Shown: piece by piece, positions 27,004 to 35,778 of the stretch | Layout of the letters: the number at the start of each line of letters is the position of its first letter | Position numbering within the stretch: position 1 is the first letter of the stretch | Assembly (NCBI GenBank): GCA_027310565.1 | Contig: DAIDAP010000037.1 | Span: forward strand, 256,163-320,162 | Direction of reading: 5' to 3' | Source of the DNA: Chloroflexota bacterium | GTDB taxonomy: Bacteria > Chloroflexota > Limnocylindria > P2-11E | DNA: 64,000 bases | Translations under genes and position numbers: made by a program | The notes under the pieces: model-generated | Told to the model about the DNA's origin: nothing | Seen by the model: only the letters and a program-made list of their open reading frames with translations | Databases searched by the model: none

Positions 27004-27672
27004 GTGCTCCAGCGCGTCTCGTTCCTCGTCCCCGGCGGCGAGCTCGAGGGCGTTCTGCACCTCCCCGAGCGCGACGCCGTCGGCGGGTGCGCGGTCCTGC
27101 ACGGCTTCGGCGGGCACCCCGACCAGCCGCACGTCGTCGCGACGTGCGCCGCGCTCGCCGGCGCGGGGGTCGCCGCGCTCCGCTTCGCGTACCGCGACCA
27201 CGAGCCGCCGCGCATGACGCTCGACTCGGCGCTCGCGGACGCGGCGGGGGCGATCCGGCTGCTGAAGGCGCATCCGTCCATCCCCGAGCGACTCGGCGTC
27301 GTCGGATTCTCGTTCGGCGGCGCGGTCGCGGCGATCGCCGCCGGACGCGACTCCCGCATCCGGGCCGCGGTCCTGGCCGCGGCGCCGGCGATGGGGGCCG
27401 ACCATCCGCGCGCGGCCGGGGCGAAGTGGAAGCCCGTGGCCGAGCTCTCGCGCACCCGCGCGCGCGTGCTCCTCATCTGGGGCAGCCGCGACACCGTGGT
27501 CCCCATCGAGAACGCCGAGCGCTACCGCGCGGTCCTCTCGCAGGCGCGGGTCACGAACACGCTCGTGACGATCGAGGGCGGGGACCACGACTTCGAGCCC
27601 GCCGCCGCGCGGGAGCGGATGACGGCCGCCGTCGCGCAGTGGGTCGGCGAGAGCCTCGCGCGCGCCCGGTAG
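27004..27672 (+). CDS. Alpha/beta hydrolase (dienelactone-hydrolase-like)
   Basis: Nucleophile elbow GFSFGG and overall alpha/beta hydrolase pattern (HGFGGH...GFSFGG...WGSRDTVVP). Confidence 0.65.
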   Translation: MLQRVSFLVPGGELEGVLHLPERDAVGGCAVLHGFGGHPDQPHVVATCAALAGAGVAALRFAYRDHEPPRMTLDSALADAAGAIRLLKAHPSIPERLGVVGFSFGGAVAAIAAGRDSRIRAAVLAAAPAMGADHPRAAGAKWKPVAELSRTRARVLLIWGSRDTVVPIENAERYRAVLSQARVTNTLVTIEGGDHDFEPAAARERMTAAVAQWVGESLARAR

Positions 27673-27696
27673 GATCCGATCCCCTAGGGTCGAGAG

Positions 27697-28050
27697 ATGT
27701 TCGAGCGGCTCGCGTCAGAGGACTTCGCCTATCTCACCACGACCGGCCGCAGGACGGGCCGCGCCCATCGCATCGAGATCTGGTTCGCGATGGACCGCGG
27801 CCGGGTCTACCTGCTGTCCGGCGGAGGCGCGAGCGCCGACTGGGTGAGGAACATCCGCAAGGACGGCGCGGTGCGCATCCGGGTGGGATCGCGCGCGGTC
27901 GCCGCCAGCGCGCGGATCGTGCGCGGCGCCACGGAGGATCGCCGCGCGCGCGAGCTCCTCGACGCGAAGTACATGGGCTGGAAGCCCGGCCGGCGACTCT
28001 CGTCGTGGGCGCGCGGAGCGCTGCCCGTCGCGATCGATCTGCCCGCCTAA
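27697..28050 (+). CDS. Deazaflavin (F420)-dependent nitroreductase-family protein (DUF385/PNPOx-like)
   Basis: TGRRTGRAHRIEIWF...VYLLSGGGASADWVRNIRKDGAVRIRVG matches the Ddn/DUF385 family signature. Confidence 0.7.
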   Translation: MFERLASEDFAYLTTTGRRTGRAHRIEIWFAMDRGRVYLLSGGGASADWVRNIRKDGAVRIRVGSRAVAASARIVRGATEDRRARELLDAKYMGWKPGRRLSSWARGALPVAIDLPA

Positions 28051-28373
28051 CGAGGATCGGCGCGCTCATCCGCGCCGCGCGCGCGGCTCGTACGATGCCA
28101 CCTCGAGGACCACCTTCGCGACCGCGTCCGCGGCGCTTCGGCCGACCGCGACGAGCTGGCGGTCGGGCCGGGCGACCGCGCGGTGGCCGACCAGGTGCCG
28201 TCGTCGCGTATGGCGACGCTCACCTCGCGGATCCGCCGCTGCACCAGCCAGCTCAGCAGGGCCTCGAGCGTCGGGTCGGCACGTCTCCCGCACGATGGCC
28301 AGGGCTCGCCCACCGGATAGTCGGACACGGCGAGCCCGCGCATGACCTCGGCGCTGATCACGGCCGCGCGGGG

Positions 28374-31217
28374 TCAGCGCTTCCGGTACGCACGGAGCGC
28401 CGGCTTCACGGGACGCAGCATCCAGGAGGGTCGGCGCAGCCCACCGGGGCCGGGGCCGGGACGGGTCAGCGCGAGCCACTCGCGGTACACCGCGGTGCTC
28501 TTGGCCGTGTCGACGCTCACGTCGCCGTAGCGGTCGCCGGGATGGGCGGGCGTGATGGTCACGAGCTGGTGCCAGCAGTGGCTGCCGCTCACCGGGTCCG
28601 GGTGGACCGGGAAGGTGAGGTTCTGGTGCACGCCGGCCTCGTTCCACCACACCAGCGCCGAGTCCGGGTCGTCGCTCGGCCAGGGCGCGATGCCCTCGAT
28701 CTGCCGCAGCGTCCAGCCCTCGCCGTCGCGCTGCTCGAGCCGGACGAGCGCCGACGACCACCGGTCGCCGCCGGTCGTCGGCTGGAGCCGCCAGCGGCCC
28801 ATGTGGTGCGAGCACGCGACGATCCCCGGCCGGATCGCCTCCGTGATCCACACGCGGTTGACGAAATGGCCGATCTCGGTGCTCACGCGCAGCAGGTCGC
28901 CGAGCGCGACGCCGACCTGCGCCGCGTCGTCCGGATGCATCCAGACGGGGTTGCTGTGGCTGATCTCGTTGAGCCACTTCGCGTTCCCGCTCCGCGTGTG
29001 GATGAGCGTCGGGAGGCGGAACGTCGGCAGGAGCAGGAAGCGCCCCTTCGTCGGATCGACCGCCGTCATCGGCACGTGCCCCGGCGTGTACGAGGGCGTG
29101 TCGTACTCGGGCCACTTCCAGTCGCGCAGCGTCGGCGAGTAGAACTCGAGCTTCCCCGAGGGCGTCGGGAATCCCTGCCGCGCGACCCCGTCGACGACCG
29201 CGCCGACGACCTGCCGCGCGACGACGCCGTCCCCCTGCGGCTCGACGAGCACGCCGGGGCCGGGGAAGTACTCGACGGGCCTCGTCACCGGCGCCCCCTC
29301 ACGGACGTCCGCGCCGGCGAGCTCGTCCGGCCGCAGCTCCCGCTCGTGCGCGCGGTACACGGTCCGGTCGACCTCGACGACGCCGTAGCGCTGCATGTAG
29401 GCGAGCGGCTCGAGGCCCTGCGCCTTCGCCTTCTCGGGCAGACCGGGAACGCTGTTCTCGAAGATCCAGCGGTAGTACTCGAGCACGGTGAGCTTCTCCC
29501 CGGGGCGGTAGGGCGACTCGAACCAGCGACGGATGCCGAGCGCGCCGTCCGGGTCGATGCGCCAGGAGAGCTCGATCCAGAACTCGTCCTCCTCCCAGAC
29601 CTCGCCCGGGTTCGCCTCATAGGTGAAGCGCACCGGCTTGCCCATCCGCTCCATCGCGACGCGGCGCACCGGCTGGCGGAACCCGAGCCAGCGGCCGGCG
29701 TGCGTCTCGTAGCTGAGGGTGTCGTGGCGCTCGGGGCCCAGGCCCATCGGGAGCACGTAGTCGGCGAGCCAGGTCGTCTCGTTCCAGACCGGCGTGAGCG
29801 CCGCGTGCAGGCCGATCAGCGACTCGTCGCGGAGCACCTCGATCCAGGAGAACCCGTCGGGGTTCGTCCACACCGGGTTGTAGACCCGGGTGAAGTACGT
29901 ATCGAGCTTGCCGCGGCCCTCCTTGAGGAAGTGCGGCAGCAGGAAGCTCATCTCGTTGTGCGCGAGCGGGTACTCGTCGGGCCAGAGGAGCTCGTTCCAC
30001 ACGTCGCTCGGCTTCGGACGGATGTACGGAGCCGGGACGAGCTTGTCCCAGAGGCTCGGCGACGTGCCGCCCGGCGTGCCGACGCTGCCGGTGAGCACGT
30101 TCAGCAGGAAGAGCGCCCGCGCCACGTGCCACCCGCCGAGGTTGCCGGCGCCGGCGGCGCGCCAGTTGTGCGCGCTGAAGGCCGACCCGGCGCGCCCGAT
30201 CTCGCGCGCGATCCGCACGATCGTCGCCGCGTCGAGCCCGCTCTCGCGCTCGGCGTGCTCCGGCGTGTACTCCTTGTAGAGATCGAGGAACGCGCCGCGG
30301 AACGAGCTGAACGAGGGCTCCAGGTCCGGCCGGCGCTCGCGCAGGTACTCCTCCCAGTTCGTCCAGCGGCGGACGAACTCGGCGTCGTGGAGCTCCTCCT
30401 CGACGATCACGCGGGCCATCGCGAGCAGCACCGCGGCCTCGCTCCCGGGCCAGGTCGGCAGCCACTCGTCGGCCATCGAGGCGGTGTTCGAAAGGCGCGG
30501 GTCCATCACCGCGACGCGGCAGCCCTTGAGCTTCGCGTCGATGATCCGCTGCGCGTGCGGGTTGAAGTAGTGCCCGGCCTCCAGGTGCGCGCTGATGAGC
30601 AGGATGAAGCGCGCGTTCGCGTAGTCGGGGGACGGCCGGTCGAAGCCCATCCAGGCCGCGTACCCGGTGCGCGCGCCGGCCGAGCAGATGTTGGTGTGGC
30701 TGTTGTGCGCGTCGATGCCCCAGGCCCAGAGCACCCGGTCGACGTAGCCGTCCTCGCCCGGCCGGCCGACGTGGTACATGATCTCGTCCTTCCGGCCCTC
30801 GACGATCGCCCTGCGCATCCGGCCGGCGATGTCGTCGAGCACCGCGTCCCACGAGACGCGCTCCCACCTGCCCTCTCCGCGCTTGCCGACCCGCCGCTGC
30901 GGATGGAGCACGCGCTCCGGGTCGGTGATCTGGTTGAGCGTCGCCGGCCCCTTCGCGCACAGCCGCCCGCGCGAGGCGGGGTGCTCGGGGTTGCCCTCGA
31001 TCTTGCGGATCTCGAGCGACTCGCGGTCCACGTACGCGAGCTGCCCGCACCCGGCCTCGCAGTTGAAGCAGATGGTCGGGACGAGCATGTAGTGGTGCTC
31101 GATCTTGCGCGGCCAGGCGCGCCCCTCGTACTCGACCCAGTCGTCCCAGCGCTCCCTGGGGGGCGTCGTCGGGAACTCGCCGTGCGGTCCGGGCAGTGGC
31201 ATCTGTCGCTCCTCCAT
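28374..31217 (-). CDS. Molybdopterin (bis-MGD) oxidoreductase catalytic subunit, PsrA/PhsA/TtrA/SoeA-like, without Tat signal
   Basis: 947 aa; N-terminal cluster motif CFNCEAGCGQ...C. MopB domains throughout. ATG 31217 (MEERQMPLPGP...) overlaps the stop of the upstream FeS-NrfD gene (TGATG). No RRxFLK twin-arginine motif. The 1437-aa ORF is an artefact fusing this gene with antisense sequence. Confidence 0.85.
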   Translation of the reverse strand: MEERQMPLPGPHGEFPTTPPRERWDDWVEYEGRAWPRKIEHHYMLVPTICFNCEAGCGQLAYVDRESLEIRKIEGNPEHPASRGRLCAKGPATLNQITDPERVLHPQRRVGKRGEGRWERVSWDAVLDDIAGRMRRAIVEGRKDEIMYHVGRPGEDGYVDRVLWAWGIDAHNSHTNICSAGARTGYAAWMGFDRPSPDYANARFILLISAHLEAGHYFNPHAQRIIDAKLKGCRVAVMDPRLSNTASMADEWLPTWPGSEAAVLLAMARVIVEEELHDAEFVRRWTNWEEYLRERRPDLEPSFSSFRGAFLDLYKEYTPEHAERESGLDAATIVRIAREIGRAGSAFSAHNWRAAGAGNLGGWHVARALFLLNVLTGSVGTPGGTSPSLWDKLVPAPYIRPKPSDVWNELLWPDEYPLAHNEMSFLLPHFLKEGRGKLDTYFTRVYNPVWTNPDGFSWIEVLRDESLIGLHAALTPVWNETTWLADYVLPMGLGPERHDTLSYETHAGRWLGFRQPVRRVAMERMGKPVRFTYEANPGEVWEEDEFWIELSWRIDPDGALGIRRWFESPYRPGEKLTVLEYYRWIFENSVPGLPEKAKAQGLEPLAYMQRYGVVEVDRTVYRAHERELRPDELAGADVREGAPVTRPVEYFPGPGVLVEPQGDGVVARQVVGAVVDGVARQGFPTPSGKLEFYSPTLRDWKWPEYDTPSYTPGHVPMTAVDPTKGRFLLLPTFRLPTLIHTRSGNAKWLNEISHSNPVWMHPDDAAQVGVALGDLLRVSTEIGHFVNRVWITEAIRPGIVACSHHMGRWRLQPTTGGDRWSSALVRLEQRDGEGWTLRQIEGIAPWPSDDPDSALVWWNEAGVHQNLTFPVHPDPVSGSHCWHQLVTITPAHPGDRYGDVSVDTAKSTAVYREWLALTRPGPGPGGLRRPSWMLRPVKPALRAYRKR

Positions 31218-32749
31218 CAGCTGAGCGGGACCGCCTGGCCCGCGCGGATCCACGAATCCTCGTACGCGAGGAGGCCGAGCAGCGCGGCGAGCGCGGCGGC
31301 GACGGCGAGCCCGGACGTGATCCCGGCACCGAGCGAGGCGAGCGCGAGGGCGACCGGCAGCGCGACGCCGAGGGCGACCGCGCCGACCCAGAAGCGCGCC
31401 GCGGTCGCGCCGTGCGTCATGGCGCGGGCGGCGAGACGCACGTCGTTGCTCGCGTGGGGCGTGACGAGCTCGGCCGCGACGAAGAGCGCGTGGAGCGCGG
31501 CGCCCGCGACGATGGCCACGAAGAGCGGCGGGAGCGCGTCGGTCGCGCCCATGGCCGCGGCGGCGACGACGAGGACGGCCGCGCCGGCGAGGGCCGCCTG
31601 GACCACGAGGTGCAGCGGCAGGAGCGGCGACTGCCAGAAGTCCCGTCCCTCGGCCTGACCGAAGAGGAAGCCGCTGTAGCCGGCGGCCGCGGCCGCGAAC
31701 GCGATGCCCGCCAGCCCCAGCGGCGCCACGAAGCCGGCCAGCCCGAGGACGATCGCGGCGCCCCAGAGGAACGCGAGGCCGCTGAAGACCATGAGGATGT
31801 AGGCGCCCCAGACCAGCCAGGAGCGCGGATTCGGCCTGAACACCAGGTAGAGGAAGCGCTCGGGCCGCTTGAGGTCCCACACGAGCAGCGCCACGGTCGC
31901 CAGCGCGAAGAGGAGCGCGATGGCCGCCGCGACGACGCCGAACGGCTCGCGCGCCGTCCCGCCGAGCGCGAGCACCGCGGCGACGCCGAAGGCGCCGGAC
32001 GAGATCGACTTCGTCCAGAGGTAGCTCGAGACGCGCCACCCCCACGGCGCCGGATGCGCGACGTCGTACACGTCGCGCGCGGTGCCCTCGGCCATCGAGA
32101 TGCGCTGGGGGGACGGGACGGCCGGCGCCGCCCCACCGTGTCCGTCGGGGAGCTGGCCCCACATCGTGACCCCGTCGCGCCGCGAGAGGTTCGGCGTGAG
32201 CGTGAGGGCGTCGGCGGCGATGTAGAAGAGCTTCGGCTGCGTCCCCTGCTCGGGCTTGCGCACGTGCACCGGCTCGCGCGCGATGAGCCGGCTGATCGAG
32301 CTCTCGGGGTCGTCGAGGTCGCCGGAGACGATGGCCGTCTCCGGGCACACGATCTCGCACGCCGGCTTCAGCCCGACGTCCACGCGGTGCGCGCAGAAGT
32401 TGCACTTCATCGCGGTGTGCTCGCGCGGGTCGATGTACAGCGCGTCGTACGGGCAGGCCTGCATGCAGGACTTGCAGCCGATGCAGCGGCTCGTGTCGAA
32501 GTCGACGATGCCGTCGGGCCGCCGGAAGAGCGCCTTCGTCGGGCAGATCGCGACGCACGGCGCGTCCTCGCAGTGGTTGCAGCGCAGGACGGTGAAGTGC
32601 CGGCGGGTGTTGGGGAACTCCCCCTTCTCGATGTACTTCACCCACGTGCGGAAGACCCCGAGCGGGACGTCCTGCTCCTGCTTGCACGCGACCGTGCAGG
32701 CGTGGCAGCCGATGCAGCGCCGCTGGTCGATGAGGAAGCCGAAGCGCAC
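31217..32749 (-). CDS. Fused 4x[4Fe-4S] ferredoxin (PsrB/DmsB-like) and NrfD/PsrC-like polytopic membrane subunit
   Basis: N-terminal MRFGFLIDQRRCIGCHACTVAC... with four Cys clusters. The C-terminal half has about 8 TM helices of NrfD type. GTG start. Confidence 0.85.
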   Translation of the reverse strand: MRFGFLIDQRRCIGCHACTVACKQEQDVPLGVFRTWVKYIEKGEFPNTRRHFTVLRCNHCEDAPCVAICPTKALFRRPDGIVDFDTSRCIGCKSCMQACPYDALYIDPREHTAMKCNFCAHRVDVGLKPACEIVCPETAIVSGDLDDPESSISRLIAREPVHVRKPEQGTQPKLFYIAADALTLTPNLSRRDGVTMWGQLPDGHGGAAPAVPSPQRISMAEGTARDVYDVAHPAPWGWRVSSYLWTKSISSGAFGVAAVLALGGTAREPFGVVAAAIALLFALATVALLVWDLKRPERFLYLVFRPNPRSWLVWGAYILMVFSGLAFLWGAAIVLGLAGFVAPLGLAGIAFAAAAAGYSGFLFGQAEGRDFWQSPLLPLHLVVQAALAGAAVLVVAAAAMGATDALPPLFVAIVAGAALHALFVAAELVTPHASNDVRLAARAMTHGATAARFWVGAVALGVALPVALALASLGAGITSGLAVAAALAALLGLLAYEDSWIRAGQAVPLS

Positions 32750-32902
32750 CGCCTAATCAGCCAGGCGGACGCGCACGGCGGCGAGACGGAGCCGGGCCGC
32801 ACGCCAGCGGGTGCGCGCGAGCGCGACGGCCCGGTCGACCATCCCCCACCCGAGCGGCGCGACGAGCGCGTACGGCACCGGGCAGCGCGTCATCACGACC
32901 TC

Positions 32903-33157
32903 CTAGAATGCCAGGGTGATGTCGGCGTCGCTCGCGTAGGACAGGAACGCCGCCGCGCCGCAGATGTCCTGGCTGCCCTCGATGAAATCGTCGGCCTCGT
33001 AGCCGAAGACCTTCATCGTCATCGCGCAGGGGAACAGCTTCACGCCGGCCTCGACCGCGAAGTCCGTGAGCTCGCCGATCGGCGCTACCTCGAGCGACCC
33101 GTCTGCGCACTCCTTGATACGGATACGCGTACGTGCGCAGATGGTCAGACCGCACAT
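32903..33157 (-). CDS. DsrE/DsrF-like (COG2210) sulfur-relay family protein, apparently N-terminally truncated
   Basis: C-terminal signature KLFPCAMTMKVFGYEADDFIEGSQDICGAAAFLSYASDADITLAF. Only 84 aa are present; the N-terminal Rossmann-like half is absent. Confidence 0.45.
   Translation of the reverse strand: MCGLTICARTRIRIKECADGSLEVAPIGELTDFAVEAGVKLFPCAMTMKVFGYEADDFIEGSQDICGAAAFLSYASDADITLAF
33142..33151. promoter_or_regulatory. TGGTCAGACC operator copy 30 nt upstream of the TauE/SafE gene, within the 5' end of the divergent DsrE-like gene
   Basis: aTGGTCAGACCg; same palindrome as at 6.5, 12.7-12.8 and 16.2 kb. Confidence 0.5.
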
Positions 33158-33180
33158 GCCATGATGTCGAGTATGTCCGC

Positions 33181-33948
33181 ATGACCGAGGCGCTGGTCGT
33201 CCTGGCCGCGCTGGTGGCGTCGTTCCTATCCGGCCTCCTGGGGATCGGCGGCGGGATCGTCCTGGCCCCGCTGCTCCTCTACGGCCCCGGCCTGGTGGGC
33301 GAGCCCGACCTCGCCGTGAAGACCGTCACCGGGCTCACCGTGGTCCAGGCCCTCGCCGGCAGCCTCCTGGGCTCCTGGCGGCACCGCTCGTACGGGCACG
33401 TGTCGCGCGAGCTCGTGGTCGCGATGGGGCCGGCGAGCGCGCTCGGCGCCCTCGCGGGCGCGCTCGTCTCGGGCGGCAGCTCGGACCGCGTCCTGCTGGC
33501 GGTCTTCGCGGCCATCTCGTTCGCCGGCGCCCTGCTCCTGCTGCTCCCGCCACCGCAGCCACCGCCGACCGGCGACGGCCACAACGTCCCGCTGGCCGTG
33601 GCGATCGCGAGCGGCCTCGGCGTGCTGGGCGGCATGGTGGGAGTGGCCGGCATCGCGTCCATCATCGCCGCTCTCGTGTACGTGCTGCGCGTCCCGGCCC
33701 GCGTCGCGATCGGCACGAGCCTGGGCGTGGGCCTGTTCGGCGCCGTCGCCGCGCTCGTGGGGAAGGCGGCGACCGCGCAGCTCGACCTCGGGCTCGGGCT
33801 CCTCGTTCTCGTCGCCGCGGTGGCCGGCTCCCCCGCCGGCGCCTGGCTGAGCATGCGCTCGCGCCCGCGGATCCTGCTCGTGACGCTCGCGGTCATCGTG
33901 GCCGCGAGCGGAGCGCGCATCGGCTGGAGCGCGGCGTTCGGGGTCTGA
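33181..33948 (+). CDS. TauE/SafE (TSUP, DUF81) family sulfite/anion exporter
   Basis: Characteristic paired glycine-rich TM motifs (LSGLLGIGGGIVLAPLL...; GVLGGMVGVAG). ATG 33181. Confidence 0.7.
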   Translation: MTEALVVLAALVASFLSGLLGIGGGIVLAPLLLYGPGLVGEPDLAVKTVTGLTVVQALAGSLLGSWRHRSYGHVSRELVVAMGPASALGALAGALVSGGSSDRVLLAVFAAISFAGALLLLLPPPQPPPTGDGHNVPLAVAIASGLGVLGGMVGVAGIASIIAALVYVLRVPARVAIGTSLGVGLFGAVAALVGKAATAQLDLGLGLLVLVAAVAGSPAGAWLSMRSRPRILLVTLAVIVAASGARIGWSAAFGV

Positions 33949-33970
33949 TGCGCGTCGACGAAGCTCGCTC

Positions 33971-35539
33971 TTACGGGCCCTCGTGGTCGTCGTCGGGGAC
34001 GAGCGCGACCGAGTTCGAGAGCGGGTTCAGCGTGCAGTCCGAGCACTCGAGGACGTCGCCGTATTGCCCGCCCCAGAAGCCGCGGATCTCGCTTCCGCTC
34101 ACGAGGCCTTCGTAGAAGGTGAACGGCGCCACGGTGAAGAGATGGACCCGGTCGATCTTTTCGTTCCCGTTCGGGTCGACGTTCGAGCAGTCCGACCCGT
34201 CGCCGATGAGGCTCCACTCCTCGCCGGGCTGACCGGGCGAGTAGGTCTCGGCGCAGTCCCACAGGAACACGATGACGACGAGCCCCTTCCCGTACGGCTT
34301 CCCGGACTTGGTGAACCGGTCCGAGAACGGCGCGTTCGGGTCGCCTTCGCGCTGGATGAGCGAGCGCATGTTGTCCGCGATGTTGTCGCCGAGGTTCCCC
34401 GACGCGAGCGACGTCTCGACCCAGTCGCCCGTCAGCGCGTTGCCCTCGCCGCACGAGGGCGCGAGGTCCGGCCGGCTCTCGTCGTCGCACACGGCACGCT
34501 CGGTGAGCGGCGACGGCTGTTCCTGACCCTCCGGCAGGCTCGCGGAGTCCCACGCCTCGGTCAGCGAAAGCTCGCCGAGGAACGAGTAGTAGAACCAGTT
34601 CGGGATGTCGCACGTCTTGTCGTACTGCTGCGGGTCGTGGCTGCCGGCGGTGTCCCACGGGCCACCGCAGTTGCCCTGGTCGGGCTTGTCCGGCCCATTG
34701 CTGTAGTCCGTCTTCGCCTCCGCGCCGGTGCCGCTCTGATCCCATGACGCGGTCAATTGCGGGACTTCGCCACCCAAGCGCGTCGAGTACCGGGACGGGT
34801 CGATGAGGCCCTTGAAGCTCCCGTAGACGACGTCGTCCTCCCGCGATGACCAAAAGACGGTGGGCTCGACCTCCGTCGGGTCGCAGTCGCCCGGCACGCA
34901 CGGGTTGTCGAAGTCGGCCGGGTCGTAATGGCGCACCATCGGCCAGATCGGGCCCGCGAAGGACGGGACGTTCCCCGAGATTTGTGCCCGGGCGGAGGCG
35001 GCCGCGTCGATCGCCGGCCGCCCGATCACCGACGCCACGAGCGACCGGTACGTCGTGGAGACCGCCACGCGGACGTACACGGTGTCGCCCGGGACGATCT
35101 GGCTACCCGCAGGATCGTCGCAGACGCCGAGCGCCGAGGCGGCCGAGGTCCACACGATCGGATCGGTGTCGCTGCCGAACTGTAGGGTGAACTCCGTCGT
35201 GCTCTCGCGGATCTGGAACGCGTCGTTCGCGTCCACGAAGCGCTTCGCCTCGCACCAGACGTCCTCGCCGTGGACGGCGAACGCGATCCGGTCGTCGACC
35301 AGGATCACCGATGTCGCCAGCTGCCGCGCCGCCCCGAGGGCCGCTGCGTCGGCGGCGGTCTGCAGGACGCGGCGCTGGGTCAGGCCGTAGCCCCAGTCGA
35401 CCGCGAGGGCGAGCGCCCCCAGCAGGACGACGATCGACAGGGCGACGACGACCATCGACTGCCCGGCCTCGGACCCTGTGAGCCGCTTCGTGAGCGATCG
35501 CACGACAGCGATCCTTTCGCCGGGCGGGGCGCGTGCCAA
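33971..35539 (-). CDS. TadG/TadE-like pilus-assembly protein, large pseudopilin-type with extended C-terminal domain
   Basis: N-terminus GQSMVVVALSIVVLLGALALAVDWGYGL...LQTAADAAALGAARQ is the Tad TadE/TadG signature. The protein is about 520 aa. The overlapping 540-aa ORF in another frame is rejected. Confidence 0.65.
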   Translation of the reverse strand: MARAPPGERIAVVRSLTKRLTGSEAGQSMVVVALSIVVLLGALALAVDWGYGLTQRRVLQTAADAAALGAARQLATSVILVDDRIAFAVHGEDVWCEAKRFVDANDAFQIRESTTEFTLQFGSDTDPIVWTSAASALGVCDDPAGSQIVPGDTVYVRVAVSTTYRSLVASVIGRPAIDAAASARAQISGNVPSFAGPIWPMVRHYDPADFDNPCVPGDCDPTEVEPTVFWSSREDDVVYGSFKGLIDPSRYSTRLGGEVPQLTASWDQSGTGAEAKTDYSNGPDKPDQGNCGGPWDTAGSHDPQQYDKTCDIPNWFYYSFLGELSLTEAWDSASLPEGQEQPSPLTERAVCDDESRPDLAPSCGEGNALTGDWVETSLASGNLGDNIADNMRSLIQREGDPNAPFSDRFTKSGKPYGKGLVVIVFLWDCAETYSPGQPGEEWSLIGDGSDCSNVDPNGNEKIDRVHLFTVAPFTFYEGLVSGSEIRGFWGGQYGDVLECSDCTLNPLSNSVALVPDDDHEGP

Positions 35540-35778
35540 TACCGTGAACTGCGGATGCCGAGATGCCCGACCGCATCACGGTTCAGCGCGACGAATACGT
35601 GCGACACACGAAAGATCAGTGCGACGATACGTCGCGAGCGGGCACTCGACTTTCGCGCTCGCCCTACTGATTCTCCCGTACGAATTCGCGGCGACGAGGT
35701 CGTGGGGCAAAGACGTGCGCGACTTCACGACGTTCGGCACTCGTCGCGGCCGGTCGCACCGCGGCAACGTTCACGATC

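Noticed and set aside
28047-28361. 104-aa minus-strand ORF between the DUF385 gene and the Mo-enzyme gene
   Set aside because: No recognisable motif; could be a degraded remnant. Not called.
28374-32687. 1437-aa single ORF
   Set aside because: It is a chimera: its last 947 codons are the real Mo-oxidoreductase catalytic subunit (start 31217), while the first ~490 codons read antisense or out of frame across the FeS-NrfD gene, whose own frame is 31217..32749.
33279-34901. 540-aa minus-strand ORF overlapping the TadG-like gene
   Set aside because: Alternative frame with Arg/Gly-rich low complexity; the 33971..35539 frame carries the recognisable Tad N-terminal motif.
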